From assembly GCA_003427395.1 (NCBI GenBank), contig BFEA01000024.1, positions 919,277 through 983,276 on the forward strand: a stretch of 64,000 bases of DNA, written 5' to 3'. This document shows positions 61,491 through 64,000 of this stretch, piece by piece. The notes under the pieces were generated by a model, which did not search any database, was not told the DNA's origin, and saw only the letters and a list, made by a program, of their open reading frames with translations. Both the position numbers and the translations under genes were made by a program. Positions within the stretch are counted from its first letter, which is position 1. Each line of letters opens with the position of its first letter. This stretch comes from Chara braunii (taxonomy: Eukaryota; Plantae; Charophyceae).

Positions 61491-63014
61491 CCATCAAGAA
61501 GGTCACGCTGTGTGAGGCCGACACATCACAGACTGGTTACGGGCCAATGAGGAAGCAGCATTATCGTCACACGTGGGCCGCAATCCAACGAGAATGCTGC
61601 AAACGCTTGGAGGTTGAGTGGCTGCCTGGATGTGCTGAACTGCACGAGGCCCAGTCCAGTTTTGGAAACTGGGCCTGGGCGCAGACACTTGGGCCCCAAC
61701 TGAAGCTACTGGGCCCCCCACACGCCTGGCCAGGACAGCCAGCAGCGACACACTTTCCATAAAGGAAAGTGTGAGCCCCTGGCAGTGGCATTCTGGCCTT
61801 GGCAGACAATGCGGACACGCTGCTGCGTTGCTGCGCTAGCATCTGCATAGGCCTGCTGGTTGGACGCGCGCACGTGGGCAGACGTGAGGGGCGCTGCAAG
61901 GGCAGTGGGCACACAGCAGCCAAGCCGGGCTGCAGGGGCGCAAGGCAGGTGAGGCGCAGGCTGTGGAAAGACGAGGGGTGATGAGGGGAGAAGAGAGAAC
62001 TTCCCTGGTGTATGCTGGTGGTTGACATTGGTGTTGACATCACGTACATTGGTCTTCGACTTCAGAGTGATAGGCTAGATAGGCTGAGTACGATAGCCTG
62101 GGCGCTGGGCGCCAGACTTTAAGTGCGAACTTGGATACAGTATTGGTGTGACCAGAGAGTGGCGACATTGACACCTGAGATTGATTACATAATTGAGCAA
62201 AAAAGGAAAAAAAACTTATGCTCCGTGAGGTTTCAGTAAGCTAGAGCAATCAATGAATTCAATCCCACCGGGCCATCGTCAATTTTCAATTCCCGTTAGC
62301 TTAGGGTTCAGTCTAGATAAGAGCTGGGATGGTTGGATTTAGCCGGCGGCGTATTATCTTTTCATTGTATTGCTCTTACTTTGATGGTATCTTGGCCGGC
62401 GGCGTATTATCTTTTCATTGTATTGCTCTTACTTTGACGGTATCTTGGTGCATTGTACTCTCTGCTTGGTTCATGACTATCTGAGCTTCTTCGTGATTTT
62501 GCAACTTGGATTTCTGTGTATCGCTCTCGCTCATATTCCTTGTAGAAGAGAGATTTTCCGAAAAAAAAATAAATTTCGAAATATTAAAGTGCAAGGAAAT
62601 GAGCGATAGCGAACTTCAGAAACCAAGCAGCATCATACACATGAGACCAGATAGTTGTGACCTCGAACCAAAAGGCTGGCAAAAGCAGAATTGCAACACG
62701 AGTTCCACCAAATAAGAACACAGCAAAAGCTCACAAGTGACAATGTTGGAATGGTCTCATGACTCTCATCATCATCAACAATGAACCAATGTCGACATCC
62801 GACCTGGCGCTCTGCGCCCAGACTACAAATGGTAGATCCTATCTAGCCTATCTACAATACCGCTGGTGACGTCAACAGCTCCCCGAAGTACGAGAAGGTC
62901 TCGGGCAATGCCGTTCGCCTCAAGCACCAGGTATGTCTTTCGTATCACTCACAACCTTTATCCCCCACTCACAGATGCCACATGCACCCAAGGACCACCA
63001 TGCGCCCTATCCAG

Positions 63015-63544
63015 CTCAGCGCAGTGCAGCTCGGCTATGGCTGCCTGCTCCACCTGCTCGCTCATGAGCGCGTGGGCCTGGCGAGCGATTAGCACAGCAG
63101 CGCATGCACAGCATGCGTCCAGTGCCCAAATGCCGAATGCGGAGGCAGGCACTTTCCTAAATTGAAGTGGCCTGCCTGCTGCATGCGGCCTCACTGCACT
63201 GGGCCCCGGCCCAGAAGCTTCCGGTAGCCCCCGAGAGGCTGAGCCTCAGTCCAAACGAGTCAGGCCCAGGGCCTATGGTGGTTACCCATGCCCAACTGCC
63301 TGCAGCCTGTGTTCAGTCCGTTGTTGCGTATCTGGCCCAGGGCCTGCCTCAGTTACATACGATAAAGGCAGCCTGGGCCTGGGTGCTTTCAACCAACTGG
63401 CACTGCGCAACTGCCTGAATTTCCCCAGTTGCGTGGTTGTCCAAAATAGGCCTCTAGGCCTGGGTCGGGCCTGCCTTCACTTAGGGCGGCCGACATTTCT
63501 GATAACAGGGCCCAGTAGGGCTTACCGAGGCCTTGCGCCTTGCA
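63015..63544. repeat. Dispersed repeat copy 2 (probable LTR segment), homologous to 8640-9169
   Basis: Colinear similarity with copy 1 in the same orientation. Confidence 0.8.
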
Positions 63545-63829
63545 AAAGCAACCGAAATTTTGAAATTCCAAAAAAATAAAGGAAATCGAAATTTTCAGCT
63601 ACTAACGACTTCCGAAGGAAAAAAAAATAAAAAATAAATCGGATTTATCAAGCACCGAAATTTCGAAAATCACAAAAAACGAAAATCGGGAATTTCAGTT
63701 ACTGCACAATTTCGGATTTTACGAAAACGAATTTGCGCCAAAGAAGGAATTCCAAAAAAATAAATTTTAAAAAATCGGAATTTTGACGGGTAGGCAGAAA
63801 ACGCGAATTGGAGTTTACTTATGTTGACC

Positions 63830-63841
63830 TAATCAACTAAT

Positions 63842-63872
<31 letters not shown>

Positions 63873-64000
63873 CCAACCAAACAATCAATCAATCAATCGA
63901 TTGGTCATGACTAATCAATCAATCGATCAATCGATCGATCCATCCATCCATCCATCCATCCATCCATCCATCCATCGATTGATCGATCGATCGATCAATT
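63830..64000. repeat. Compound tetranucleotide microsatellite (AATC)/(AACC)/(ATCG)/(ATCC)
   Basis: Directly visible. Confidence 0.9.

Noticed and set aside
8640-63544. The two direct repeats as paired LTRs of one 55-kb giant element
   Set aside because: The copies are clearly diverged, enclose host exons, and have no shared TSD, PBS or PPT; independent insertions are more likely.

Overview
Eukaryotic, transposon-dominated window with three large N gaps. Its content (chromodomain Ty3/gypsy elements, L1/Tx1-type LINEs, a Helitron, a plant-type 14-3-3 copy, an LRRC74-like gene) is consistent with a flagellate-sperm streptophyte such as Chara; the taxon is inferred, not shown. The only convincing host gene is a minus-strand LRRC74-like leucine-rich-repeat gene. 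Two exons are visible (34518-33584 and 13082-12412), joined in phase by a 20.5-kb GT-AG intron filled with nested transposons. The rest comprises a decayed Helitron with an intact 3' terminus (~6489), a tRNA-derived SINE, a processed 14-3-3 pseudogene, one long and several 3'-fragment LINEs, at least seven decayed or nested gypsy elements (several LTRs delimited by terminal inverted repeats, one solo LTR with a TSD) and many microsatellites. No CRISPR, rRNA or intact tRNA was seen. The least explained signals lie in retroelement non-coding DNA: a covarying three-way-junction RNA shared by two gypsy leaders that lack a tRNA PBS, an ATGGCG plus 5' splice-site cassette on the antisense strand of several LTRs, and a phased W-box array. 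I cannot establish a new biological system from sequence alone; these are the best candidates.
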